Positions 17,969 through 25,613 of a stretch of 25,654 nucleotides of DNA are shown piece after piece. The first letter of the stretch is position 1, and every line of letters begins with the position of its first letter. The notes below the pieces were generated by a model. That model had not been told where the DNA came from. It made no database searches and saw only the letters and a list, made by a program, of their open reading frames with translations. This DNA comes from Cyanobacteria bacterium auto_48_18. GTDB lineage: Bacteria; Cyanobacteriota; Vampirovibrionia; Obscuribacterales; Obscuribacteraceae. The position numbers and the translations under genes were made by a program. Location of the stretch: assembly GCA_036170915.1 (NCBI GenBank), contig JAVHQC010000038.1:1-25654 (forward strand), in the 5' to 3' direction.

Positions 17969-19429
17969 CTAATAATAGAGAGGCAGTTGCGGTATGTAGA
18001 TAAAGTATGGGATCAGTGCATCTTTCACTTTAGTCATCAATGGTTTTTCGGCAACGCTCTCGTCTCTAACAATGACAAATTTTTCGTCTCGTTTATACAA
18101 AGGCTTATTGCCTTCACCCACACCAAGCTTTTCGGCCAGTTCTTTTTTGTCGAACTCTTCTACATACTTGCTCAATTCTGGCGCTTCGCGTGCCAGTTTA
18201 GCTCTCGATTCGGGACTCTGACGATAACGAGCCACACCTTCGGCAAAATCGTCACGAGGTGTATAGAAGTAATCTGATGAGGGCTTAACCAGTGCTTTTT
18301 CCATCATCTGCGAATTAGTAATTAAACCCTCAAGTGAATTAGGATGTATGAAGTTGCCCTTCCCATCAACTTCTACCCAACCAGCAGGACTCTCACAATT
18401 AGCATTCTTTCTTTCATTCCAGATGTAGAGTTTGTCGTCGGTGGTGACTTTAGCCCAGTTGTTGTTTTCCAGGCGTCGCCAGCCAAACTTCGAATAGTCG
18501 GCAGCGTTGGCGGTATTCTCTGCCACATGGCCAAATTCGTGCAAGAAGTCGTCTTCAACTGAATCTAAAATACCAGCTTGTTTTTGGGCGTCAGATCTTT
18601 GCACACTGGTGACTGCACCTCGTGGAGGCCCGAATATTACTATGCGATTGGCAACGCCCTGGGTTTGCATCGAAGGCTCGAACTCACGTAGTTCGTCTAT
18701 AAACAATATTCGCAAGTTATCACTAGAACTGAGACTGGCACGCGATTTGCGTAAGGCCGAATCTAAGGCGTCAAGCTCATCGAGTCGAGGTTCGCGGGCT
18801 CGGTTGCCATATTCAGGGCTTGTTGCTGCAGTTTCAAATTTGAGCTTAAACTCTTTCTCCAGAGCTGATTTTTTGTCATTCAGTCTGGTGGAAAGCGCCT
18901 TGTCTACGCTATCTAAGCCTTCAGGCGATTTTTCAAAAATACCAAGTGCCACATCTTTGCCACTGGTATTAATAGAGCACTCATACTTACCTTCGCTATT
19001 AACGGTCATTTTAACGCCGTATTTTTTGCTCAAGCTCTCGGCAGTTTTCGGAACTTCCTCTTTGACTTGATCTGTTAGTTCGGTGGAGTCTTTTGTCTCT
19101 GCTGTTTTCTCACCAGCAGGTACTTCGCATTGCCCTTTGGCCGCAAGCCTTTTCTCAATATCTTTTACAGGAGGTTCTTCTTTTTTGTCATCAGGTTTGG
19201 TTACTGCGCTAATCGGCTTGACTTTTTCATTGCCTGAAAGCTTTAGTCCAGGCAAATATTTCTCTACACCTGGTGTCTCGTCTTTGCTTCCTTTATGACC
19301 ACGCCTGTCTTTCAAAATATGCTGGGCCTGCTGACTGAGCTGTTTGGCGTCATCGTCGTCAGATTTATCATGACGACGATGCTGCTCTTTGCTTTCAGTT
19401 TTGTGATGACCTTTTCTTTCGTGAGACAT
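17969..19429 (-). CDS. Putative zinc metalloprotease (HEXXH, anthrax lethal factor/M34-like C-terminal domain) with a long charged N-terminus
   Basis: LHEFGH (18527-18541), downstream Y..DDFAE and R..L...APEL..YV. GGAG SD supports ATG 19429 (486 aa). No Sec signal peptide seen. Confidence 0.7.
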   Translation of the reverse strand: MSHERKGHHKTESKEQHRRHDKSDDDDAKQLSQQAQHILKDRRGHKGSKDETPGVEKYLPGLKLSGNEKVKPISAVTKPDDKKEEPPVKDIEKRLAAKGQCEVPAGEKTAETKDSTELTDQVKEEVPKTAESLSKKYGVKMTVNSEGKYECSINTSGKDVALGIFEKSPEGLDSVDKALSTRLNDKKSALEKEFKLKFETAATSPEYGNRAREPRLDELDALDSALRKSRASLSSSDNLRILFIDELREFEPSMQTQGVANRIVIFGPPRGAVTSVQRSDAQKQAGILDSVEDDFLHEFGHVAENTANAADYSKFGWRRLENNNWAKVTTDDKLYIWNERKNANCESPAGWVEVDGKGNFIHPNSLEGLITNSQMMEKALVKPSSDYFYTPRDDFAEGVARYRQSPESRAKLAREAPELSKYVEEFDKKELAEKLGVGEGNKPLYKRDEKFVIVRDESVAEKPLMTKVKDALIPYFIYIPQLPLYY

Positions 19430-19603
19430 AGTCTGCTCCACTTTATTTTGAAAAGTTAGTTTTGACGAGTTAGTAAAGTTGGTTGCTTTGTGCTGCCGCT
19501 GCACTGACACTACCTCCAAGTTGCTAACAAAACGTTAACCGGCAGCTCAAAACCGCGAACTTATCGCCGAGGCAAAGACATTACATCAAGAAGAACCAGG
19601 CAG

Positions 19604-19612
19604 TGTTATTCT
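19604..19612 (+). promoter_or_regulatory. Possible extended -10 promoter for the TPR gene
   Basis: TGtTATTCT 28 nt upstream of the GTG start, in a divergent intergenic region; no clear -35. Confidence 0.35.
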
Positions 19613-19640
19613 AATAGTCAGCGTTTGCGAGACTTAGATA

Positions 19641-20384
19641 GTGAAACACTACTTCTTCTTTTTCTTTTGCTTAGCAGTAAGCACTTTCGCTGCATCAGTT
19701 GAGAGCAAAGAACTGCCGGGTAAAGCTGATTGGAAGGTTTATTACGACCGAGCTGTCGCTTTAAAGGCGGAAGGCAAACTCGAAGAAGCGCTTAGCCTGG
19801 TCAATCAATCTATGAAGCTGAAGCCTGACCATTTCGATTCAGCATTACTGCACGGTTCGATTGATGTCGACATGATAGAAGACGAGCAGGCGATCAAATA
19901 TTTCACAATGGCCATGAAGCTTAAGCCCTCAGCACGTCCTCAGGTGCTGGTTGCACGCTCGCAAGCATATGAGCGCTTGGGGAAATTTGAACTTGCTCTG
20001 GCTGACTTGAAGGAATTTATGTACAAACATCCTGAGTGGGAAACGGGGGATATTTATCGTCAGGCAGGTTCACTGTATGCCAAAACTAATCAGCCAGCAA
20101 AGGCCGTGGAAGCACTGAGCAAAGCAATCAAGCTCTCACCAGATGTAACAAAGGCGCATGGCTACAGGGCCGACTGCTATATAATTTTGAAGAAATATCA
20201 GGCTGCTGCCGATGACTATTCTGCCGAAATCAAAAACGAAAAGATGCCACCACGGTTGCTCTATAGTAAAAGGGCAAATGCATATCGCTTGCTGGGGCAA
20301 AAAGACAAAGCGGCAAGAGACGAAGCCTTATCAAAGGAAGCAGACCTAGAGCTGTTCAACAATGCTCCTTTCGTTAAACACTAA
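19641..20384 (+). CDS. Exported TPR-repeat protein
   Basis: Signal peptide MKHYFFFFFCLAVSTFAA; about six TPR-like repeats (VLVARSQAYERLG, AHGYRADCY, LYSKRANAYRLLG). Confidence 0.9.
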   Translation: MKHYFFFFFCLAVSTFAASVESKELPGKADWKVYYDRAVALKAEGKLEEALSLVNQSMKLKPDHFDSALLHGSIDVDMIEDEQAIKYFTMAMKLKPSARPQVLVARSQAYERLGKFELALADLKEFMYKHPEWETGDIYRQAGSLYAKTNQPAKAVEALSKAIKLSPDVTKAHGYRADCYIILKKYQAAADDYSAEIKNEKMPPRLLYSKRANAYRLLGQKDKAARDEALSKEADLELFNNAPFVKH

Positions 20385-20386
20385 AA

Positions 20387-21457
20387 TTATTTTGTGCTCT
20401 GGCGCAGCGCAGCCACGTTACGCTTGGCTCGGTCACCCACTTGATCATAATAGGCGGTTCTTTCAAGAGCACCAGCGGCGGCGTCAAAATTACCCGTTCT
20501 CATAAGCCCGTTAAAAGTGGTGAACTCTTGCAGTTTGGCTGCACCCATATTAAAAGTTAGATCTACAGCAACAATTTGCGCACTTTTTGGCATGCTGTCA
20601 AAATTTGGATAGAGCGCCCGTGCTTCCATTACTGTTTGCGCTATATCACCATCAAAAAGCACTTTGATTTGTTCATCAGTAAGTTCAGGCTTTGGCCCTT
20701 TATAACTTTTACTGGCCGATTTGACCATCAATTCATAATCAACGCCCAGGGCTTCGATCTTGGCCCGCGCATCGGGCCTTTCGAGCATAAAGCCAATGCC
20801 CACAGTGGGGTAACCCTTAGAGCAATAATAGGCGCACTTCTCGCTGCTCTCATTCAGTGTCTCCATTTTAAAGAGATTTTCTCTTTGCTCTGGCGTCAAA
20901 AATGCTTTTGCCTTCTCGGTGTCTTGCTTGAACTGAGTAAACTGATCGTAGAGCTTCTTCATAGTCACTTCACCATCAATGGACACAGTTCGCTGAAAAG
21001 TGCCATCACTAAAAGTGGCATTATGGCCATTCACAGTTTGAATTTTACCGTTCACCGCAAGCGGCATGCCGACTTCATTGTACGTCTGCCATTTCTGGTT
21101 ACTGGCATTGTATTTCAATGCTGTGCCATCAGCAAAAGTGATTGACTCAAGGCGATCGCCTGACCAGACAAACTTTTCTTTGCTATCGGAAGGACCGTAA
21201 GAAAATACTTGCCTGTCATTAATTGATAGACTGGCTTTGCCTGCGCTATCAACTTTAATCTGACCATAGTCTGTGCTGGCATTGCTGACGATTGGATTGC
21301 CAATTTCGATTTTTGGTAAAAGGTCTAGTGCGCTCGACTTAGTGCGCTTAAAAGGATCGCCCGGTGAGAAAGGTCGATCGTCGCCATACAAATCAAGCAA
21401 ATTAATGGTTGGCTGCTCTTTGACTTCACTCCGCTCTGCTCGTCTCGCATCACTCAC
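20387..21457 (-). CDS. T4-type (GH24) lysozyme domain protein with a ~190-aa N-terminal extension
   Basis: C-terminal E-X8-C-X5-T triad (NESSEKCAYYCSKGYPTVGIG), DLTFNMG, AA..L..T.YY.QV..RAKR. N-terminal charged segment plus beta-rich repeats (ITFADGT, ATFSDGT). No signal peptide. Confidence 0.88.
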   Translation of the reverse strand: MSDARRAERSEVKEQPTINLLDLYGDDRPFSPGDPFKRTKSSALDLLPKIEIGNPIVSNASTDYGQIKVDSAGKASLSINDRQVFSYGPSDSKEKFVWSGDRLESITFADGTALKYNASNQKWQTYNEVGMPLAVNGKIQTVNGHNATFSDGTFQRTVSIDGEVTMKKLYDQFTQFKQDTEKAKAFLTPEQRENLFKMETLNESSEKCAYYCSKGYPTVGIGFMLERPDARAKIEALGVDYELMVKSASKSYKGPKPELTDEQIKVLFDGDIAQTVMEARALYPNFDSMPKSAQIVAVDLTFNMGAAKLQEFTTFNGLMRTGNFDAAAGALERTAYYDQVGDRAKRNVAALRQSTK

Positions 21458-21551
21458 GACCGCTTCCCCGCTACTAATTGATAGTTGCAGTAAAGCGGTT
21501 ATTTGTTGCCGAAGTGTTAATGCTTGCCTGTAAGGTTCCTAGCAGCACCTC

Positions 21552-21581
21552 AACTAGAACTGGTAACTTGAACTGGCAACT
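21552..21581. repeat. Imperfect 13-bp tandem repeat
   Basis: AACTAGAACTGGT / AACTTGAACTGGC / AACT... Confidence 0.55.
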
Positions 21582-21596
21582 CAAAAATGTCAATTC

Positions 21597-21636
21597 AAAA
21601 ACGCAGAGAAATTTGCGCAAAATTTCTCTGCGTTTT
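21597..21636 (-). terminator. Long hairpin, probable (possibly bidirectional) intrinsic terminator downstream of ileS
   Basis: Perfect 17-bp inverted repeat AAAACGCAGAGAAATTT (21598-21614) / AAATTTCTCTGCGTTTT (21620-21636), 5-nt loop. Confidence 0.85.
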
Positions 21637-21659
21637 CAACTATCAAAAAACTGACCCGT

Positions 21660-21707
21660 CCAAGCTTCTGCCGTATCTAAGCTTCCGTCGTACCTAAGCT
21701 TCCGTCG
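21660..21707. repeat. Three 17-bp-period copies of the ileS 3' end
   Basis: CTAAGCTTCCGTCG at 21694-21707 (last codons plus stop) and 21677-21690; degenerate CCAAGCTTCTGCCG (11/14) at 21660-21673. Confidence 0.85.
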
Positions 21708-24540
21708 CCCACTCGGCCATCACTTCATTACAAGGCAGGCACAAGTCGGGCAGCAGGCCGGCTCCTACTTCCTCAGTAAACTTCCAGCAGCGGGCACATT
21801 TGGTGCCTGAGGCTGGTATTACTTTGACACTGATACCATTTTCTTGAATGGCAGCCAGGGCCTCAGCGGTAGATGTGATGCCAATCACGGCCTGCGAGGT
21901 GATGAAGAAACCTGGTAGGTCAGCGCCCAGTGATTCTACTTTCTTAGCCAGTTCAGCATCATCAAAGGCTAATTCAACTTTTGCTTCTAGTGAACCGCCG
22001 ATTTTCTTAGCCGCACGAGCTTGCTCGAGAGCCTTGTTCACGGTGATGCGCACGGCAATAAGTTGATCCCAAAATTCAGCTTGTACTTGATCGTCAAACG
22101 ATTTGTCTGGTTTAGGGAAATCAGTCAACAGTACGCTTTGATGACCACCACCAAAGGCTCTCATGGGCTCGCTCATATGCTGCCAGATGTCTTCGGCCAT
22201 GTGTGGCGTCACTGGCGCGAGTAAACGTACCAGGGCTTGCAGCATGTGCGTTAGAACCGTTTGTATAGAGCGGCGTTTGAGCGATTTGGTCGAAGAAGTG
22301 TAGAGAATATCTTTAGCAATATCGAAATAAAACGATGAAAGTTCGACCACACAGAAATTTTGCAACAGTTGATAGTATTTGAAAAATTCAAAACGATCAA
22401 AATCTCGCGTCACTTCTTCAACAAGTTCGTTGAGGCGGTGCAACAAATAGCGATCTAGTGATGAAAGCTCGCTCAAAGGCACGCAGTCAGCCGGGTCAAA
22501 ATCATGCAAGTTGCCGAGCAAGAACCTCGCTGTATTGCGAAGCTTGCGATAAACTTCGGCCAGCTGAGCCAGCATATTTTTGCCGATTGGAATATCGTCA
22601 GTGTAATTGACAGAGGCAACCCAGAGGCGCAATACATCGGCACCATATTGTTTGATCACTTCATCAGGGTCAACAACGTTGCCCACCGACTTAGACATTT
22701 TACGACCGTTTTCATCTACTACAAAACCATGTGTGAGCACAGTTTTGTAGGGCGCGCGGCCATGAATGGCAACGCTGGTCAAAAGTGATGACTGGAACCA
22801 GCCGCGGTGCTGGTCAGAACCTTCTAGATATAACTCGCACGGGGTGCCGCGCAGCTCAGGGCGTGCGTCGAGCACTGCGGCGTGAGTGACCCCCGAGTCA
22901 AACCAGACATCCATAATGTCGGTTTCGCGTACAAAATCTGATGATGAACACTTGCCGCATTTCATGTCGCCAAGAAATTCTTGTGGTGCTTTTTCCCACC
23001 AGCTGTCTGAACCTTCAGCATCAAACACTTTTGCTACAGATTCGATACTTTCTTCATTCATCAATGGCTCATTGCATTTTCGGCAATAAAACACAGGTAT
23101 TGGCACACCCCAGGCGCGCTGCCTGCTTATGCACCAGTCAGAGCGGTTTTGCACCATATTGAAGATGCGGTTGCGTCCAGAATTGGGCAGCCATTCTACC
23201 TGGTCAATACACTCAAGTGCTTTTGCCCGGAAGCCTTCAACTGAAGCGAACCACTGTTCTGTGGCTCTGTAAATCAGTGGATTTTTGCAACGCCAGCAGT
23301 GAGGATAGCTGTGTGAAAAAGTTTGATGCTTGAGCAAAGCACCAACTTCTTTTAAATGCTCCACAATTAGCGGGTTGGCTTTGCCATAATGCTGGCCTTC
23401 GAACTTGCCACCCTCGGCAGTAAATATGCCGCGGCCGTCAACGGGAGACAGCACGCCCAGTTGATAAAGCTTGCCTACTTCAAAGTCTTCCGGACCGTGA
23501 CCTGGTGCAGTGTGCACCACCCCAGTACCAGCTTCGTTGGTGACGTGATTACCAACAATCACCCGACTATTTCGTTCTACAAAAGGATGCCTGGCTTCGA
23601 TTAACTCGAGCTCTTTACCAGTAGCTGTGCCTAATAGTTTTATTTGAGCCGGATCTATTCCTACAGCCAGCAAAAATGCATCTTTGAGGCTTTGTGCCAC
23701 CACTAGTATGCCATGGTCTTCCGTTTGCAAAAACTCATAGACAAAATCAGGATGCAGCGCTACAGCCAGATTGGCAGGTAGTGTCCAGGGCGTGGTAGTC
23801 CAGATCACAAATGACAATGGTGTAGAAGCGACGCCATTTGTACTGCCGGAAATAAAATCAGGCATGCGGCCGCGCTCGCTATCAGGCACAGCAAACTTGA
23901 CGTAGATAGAATCAGATTTGTGATCGGCATATTCGACTTCGGCTTCAGCCAGAGCGGTTTCGCACGTAGGGCACCAGTAAACAGGCTTGAGCCCTTTGTA
24001 GAGATAACCATTGGTCACCATTTTGCCGAACACACGTATTTGTCTGGCTTCAAAATGTTGATCAAGGGTGATGTACGGATTAGCCCAATCGCCCCAGACA
24101 CCCAGTCTTTTAAAATTGTCTTCTTGCCCTTTCAGATTTGAAAGCGCAAACTCGCGACATTTTTTGCGCAACTCTACTGGAGTAATGGCGGCGCGGCCGC
24201 CTTTTACGTCTTTAAGAGCAGCATTTTCAATAGGCAAACCGTGACTGTCGTAGCCAGGCACGTAAGGAGAATAAAATCCGTGGAGAGATTTATATTTGGT
24301 GACGATGTCTTTAAGAATTTTATTGAGGGCAGTGCCGATGTGAATTTTGCTTGAGCTCAAATAAGGAGGGCCGTCATGCAGCACAAACTTTTCTGAGCCG
24401 GCGCGCTTTTCCAGGTTGAGTTCATAGACGCGTTTGTCTTCCCAGAATTTCTGAATCTCCACTTCTCTTACACTGCTATTTGCTTTCATGGGAAAGTCGG
24501 TAGCGGGTAGATTAACCGGGTATTTTTTCTTCTCGTTCAC
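21694..24540 (-). CDS. ileS: Isoleucine--tRNA ligase (bacterial type 1)
   Basis: LHDGPPY, HIGT (HIGH variant), WTTTPWTLPAN, GTGVVHTAPGHG, WCISRQR, EGSDQHRGWF, KMSKS, C-terminal CARC...CLPC zinc finger. Confidence 0.98.
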   Translation of the reverse strand: MNEKKKYPVNLPATDFPMKANSSVREVEIQKFWEDKRVYELNLEKRAGSEKFVLHDGPPYLSSSKIHIGTALNKILKDIVTKYKSLHGFYSPYVPGYDSHGLPIENAALKDVKGGRAAITPVELRKKCREFALSNLKGQEDNFKRLGVWGDWANPYITLDQHFEARQIRVFGKMVTNGYLYKGLKPVYWCPTCETALAEAEVEYADHKSDSIYVKFAVPDSERGRMPDFISGSTNGVASTPLSFVIWTTTPWTLPANLAVALHPDFVYEFLQTEDHGILVVAQSLKDAFLLAVGIDPAQIKLLGTATGKELELIEARHPFVERNSRVIVGNHVTNEAGTGVVHTAPGHGPEDFEVGKLYQLGVLSPVDGRGIFTAEGGKFEGQHYGKANPLIVEHLKEVGALLKHQTFSHSYPHCWRCKNPLIYRATEQWFASVEGFRAKALECIDQVEWLPNSGRNRIFNMVQNRSDWCISRQRAWGVPIPVFYCRKCNEPLMNEESIESVAKVFDAEGSDSWWEKAPQEFLGDMKCGKCSSSDFVRETDIMDVWFDSGVTHAAVLDARPELRGTPCELYLEGSDQHRGWFQSSLLTSVAIHGRAPYKTVLTHGFVVDENGRKMSKSVGNVVDPDEVIKQYGADVLRLWVASVNYTDDIPIGKNMLAQLAEVYRKLRNTARFLLGNLHDFDPADCVPLSELSSLDRYLLHRLNELVEEVTRDFDRFEFFKYYQLLQNFCVVELSSFYFDIAKDILYTSSTKSLKRRSIQTVLTHMLQALVRLLAPVTPHMAEDIWQHMSEPMRAFGGGHQSVLLTDFPKPDKSFDDQVQAEFWDQLIAVRITVNKALEQARAAKKIGGSLEAKVELAFDDAELAKKVESLGADLPGFFITSQAVIGITSTAEALAAIQENGISVKVIPASGTKCARCWKFTEEVGAGLLPDLCLPCNEVMAEWATEA

Positions 24541-24566
24541 TTGCGACCTACAATTTTTCTGGTATT

Positions 24567-24600
24567 AAAAACAAAAACCGCCAACAGAACTGCTGGCGGT
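24567..24600 (-). terminator. Attenuator terminator in the ileS 5' leader
   Basis: Minus strand ACCGCCAGCA-GTTC-TGTTGGCGGT followed by TTTTGTTTTT, 26 nt upstream of the ileS GTG. Confidence 0.88.
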
Positions 24601-24623
24601 GGTAATTAAACAACCCTCGCCTG

Positions 24624-24671
24624 CTACTTGCGTTTAATAATTTCTGTGGAAATCACGTTGCCAAGTTTCAC
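24624..24671 (-). CDS. Putative ileS leader peptide MKLGNVISTEIIKRK (alternative ATG start at 24689, 21 aa)
   Basis: GAGGG SD-like element before GTG; three ATT Ile codons (24651-24653, tandem pair 24636-24641); stop lies directly before the antiterminator/terminator. Confidence 0.75.
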   Translation of the reverse strand: MKLGNVISTEIIKRK

Positions 24672-24712
24672 GACGAACCCTCTGCACATTACATAAGTAG
24701 TTTACATAAAAG

Positions 24713-24742
24713 AGAATAGAGGCGTTGATGCTCGGCCGTCAA
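24713..24742 (-). promoter_or_regulatory. Sigma70-type promoter for leader-ileS
   Basis: Minus strand TTGACG (24742-24737), 18-bp spacer, TATTCT (24718-24713). Confidence 0.6.
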
Positions 24743-24809
24743 TAAATACCTAGTATTCTCTAAACAAGTCTTTATTCAGTTATGTGCACCTTACCCTGGA
24801 GATAATTGC

Positions 24810-25613
24810 TTGTCTAACGTTCTAGAAGTAGCTCTGGCCGCAGCAAGAGCAGGCGGCGAATTATTAAAAAGCCGGGTGGGCAAAATCAAAACTGTCGACT
24901 ACAAAAGTGCCTACAATCTGGTCACTGACGTCGATAAAGCATCAGAAGAGCTGATTATTAAAATCATCAGCAAGGCTTTTCCTCAAGATGGCTTTTTAGC
25001 TGAAGAAGGCGGCGTCACCAGTGGCAAAGGCGACGCTGTAACCAAGCGGCGTTGGATTATCGATCCACTTGACGGCACCACAAATTACACCCACGGATAT
25101 CCGTTCTTTTGTGTTTCTATTGGCGTAGAAGAGGATGGCGAGCTCACTCACGGTGTCGTTTTCAACCCCATGAGCGGCGAGTCTGGCGAGCTTTTTCGAG
25201 CCAGCCTGGGGCAGGGCGCCTTTTTAAATGACGAAGCCATTCACGTCTCAAAAAACGCCTCCCTTGACAATAGTTTGCTCGCTACCGGATTTCCACTAGA
25301 CACAGTCAATAACGTCTACAACAACATGGATAGCTTCAAGCACATTACCAATATTTGCCATGGAGTGCGCCGTGATGGCTCAGCAGCCTTAGATCTATCT
25401 TTTGTCGCCTGTGGTCGCCTCGACGGCTTTTGGGAGCGCAAGCTGTCAGCCTGGGACGTAGCTGCCGGCAGCTTGATAGTGACCGAGGCAGGCGGCTCGG
25501 TTAGCGACCTCGAAAACGGCACGCTCGATATGATGAGTGGTCATATTCTTGCCAGCAACGGCAAAATCCACGGTGAAATAGTTGCTGCGCTGGCAGCGGC
25601 CAACGCCCATTAA
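24810..25613 (+). CDS. suhB: Inositol monophosphatase family protein (SuhB)
   Basis: LVTDVD, LAEEG, WIIDPLDGTTNY, R.GSAALDL..VACGR.DG.WE, WDVAAG; GGAG SD before TTG. Confidence 0.95.
   Translation: MSNVLEVALAAARAGGELLKSRVGKIKTVDYKSAYNLVTDVDKASEELIIKIISKAFPQDGFLAEEGGVTSGKGDAVTKRRWIIDPLDGTTNYTHGYPFFCVSIGVEEDGELTHGVVFNPMSGESGELFRASLGQGAFLNDEAIHVSKNASLDNSLLATGFPLDTVNNVYNNMDSFKHITNICHGVRRDGSAALDLSFVACGRLDGFWERKLSAWDVAAGSLIVTEAGGSVSDLENGTLDMMSGHILASNGKIHGEIVAALAAANAH

Noticed and set aside
19430..19519. ORF-track N-terminal extensions (19519, 15352, 14918, 13592, 5420)
   Set aside because: Downstream ATGs have better SD sites or avoid overlap with terminators and upstream genes.
18507..21145. Long antisense ORFs 18507-19070 and 20576-21145 (also 6419-6958)
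   Set aside because: They lie fully opposite well-supported genes and have no recognisable motifs.
20387..21457. Prophage lysis cassette
   Set aside because: No holin, spanin, structural or integrase genes nearby.
21552..21707. CRISPR-like array
   Set aside because: Repeats are 13-17 bp, tandem, with no unique spacers and no cas genes.
24541..24720. T-box riboswitch upstream of ileS
   Set aside because: No T-box bulge consensus (GGTGGNACC) on the minus strand and too little room for stem I; a leader-peptide attenuator fits better.
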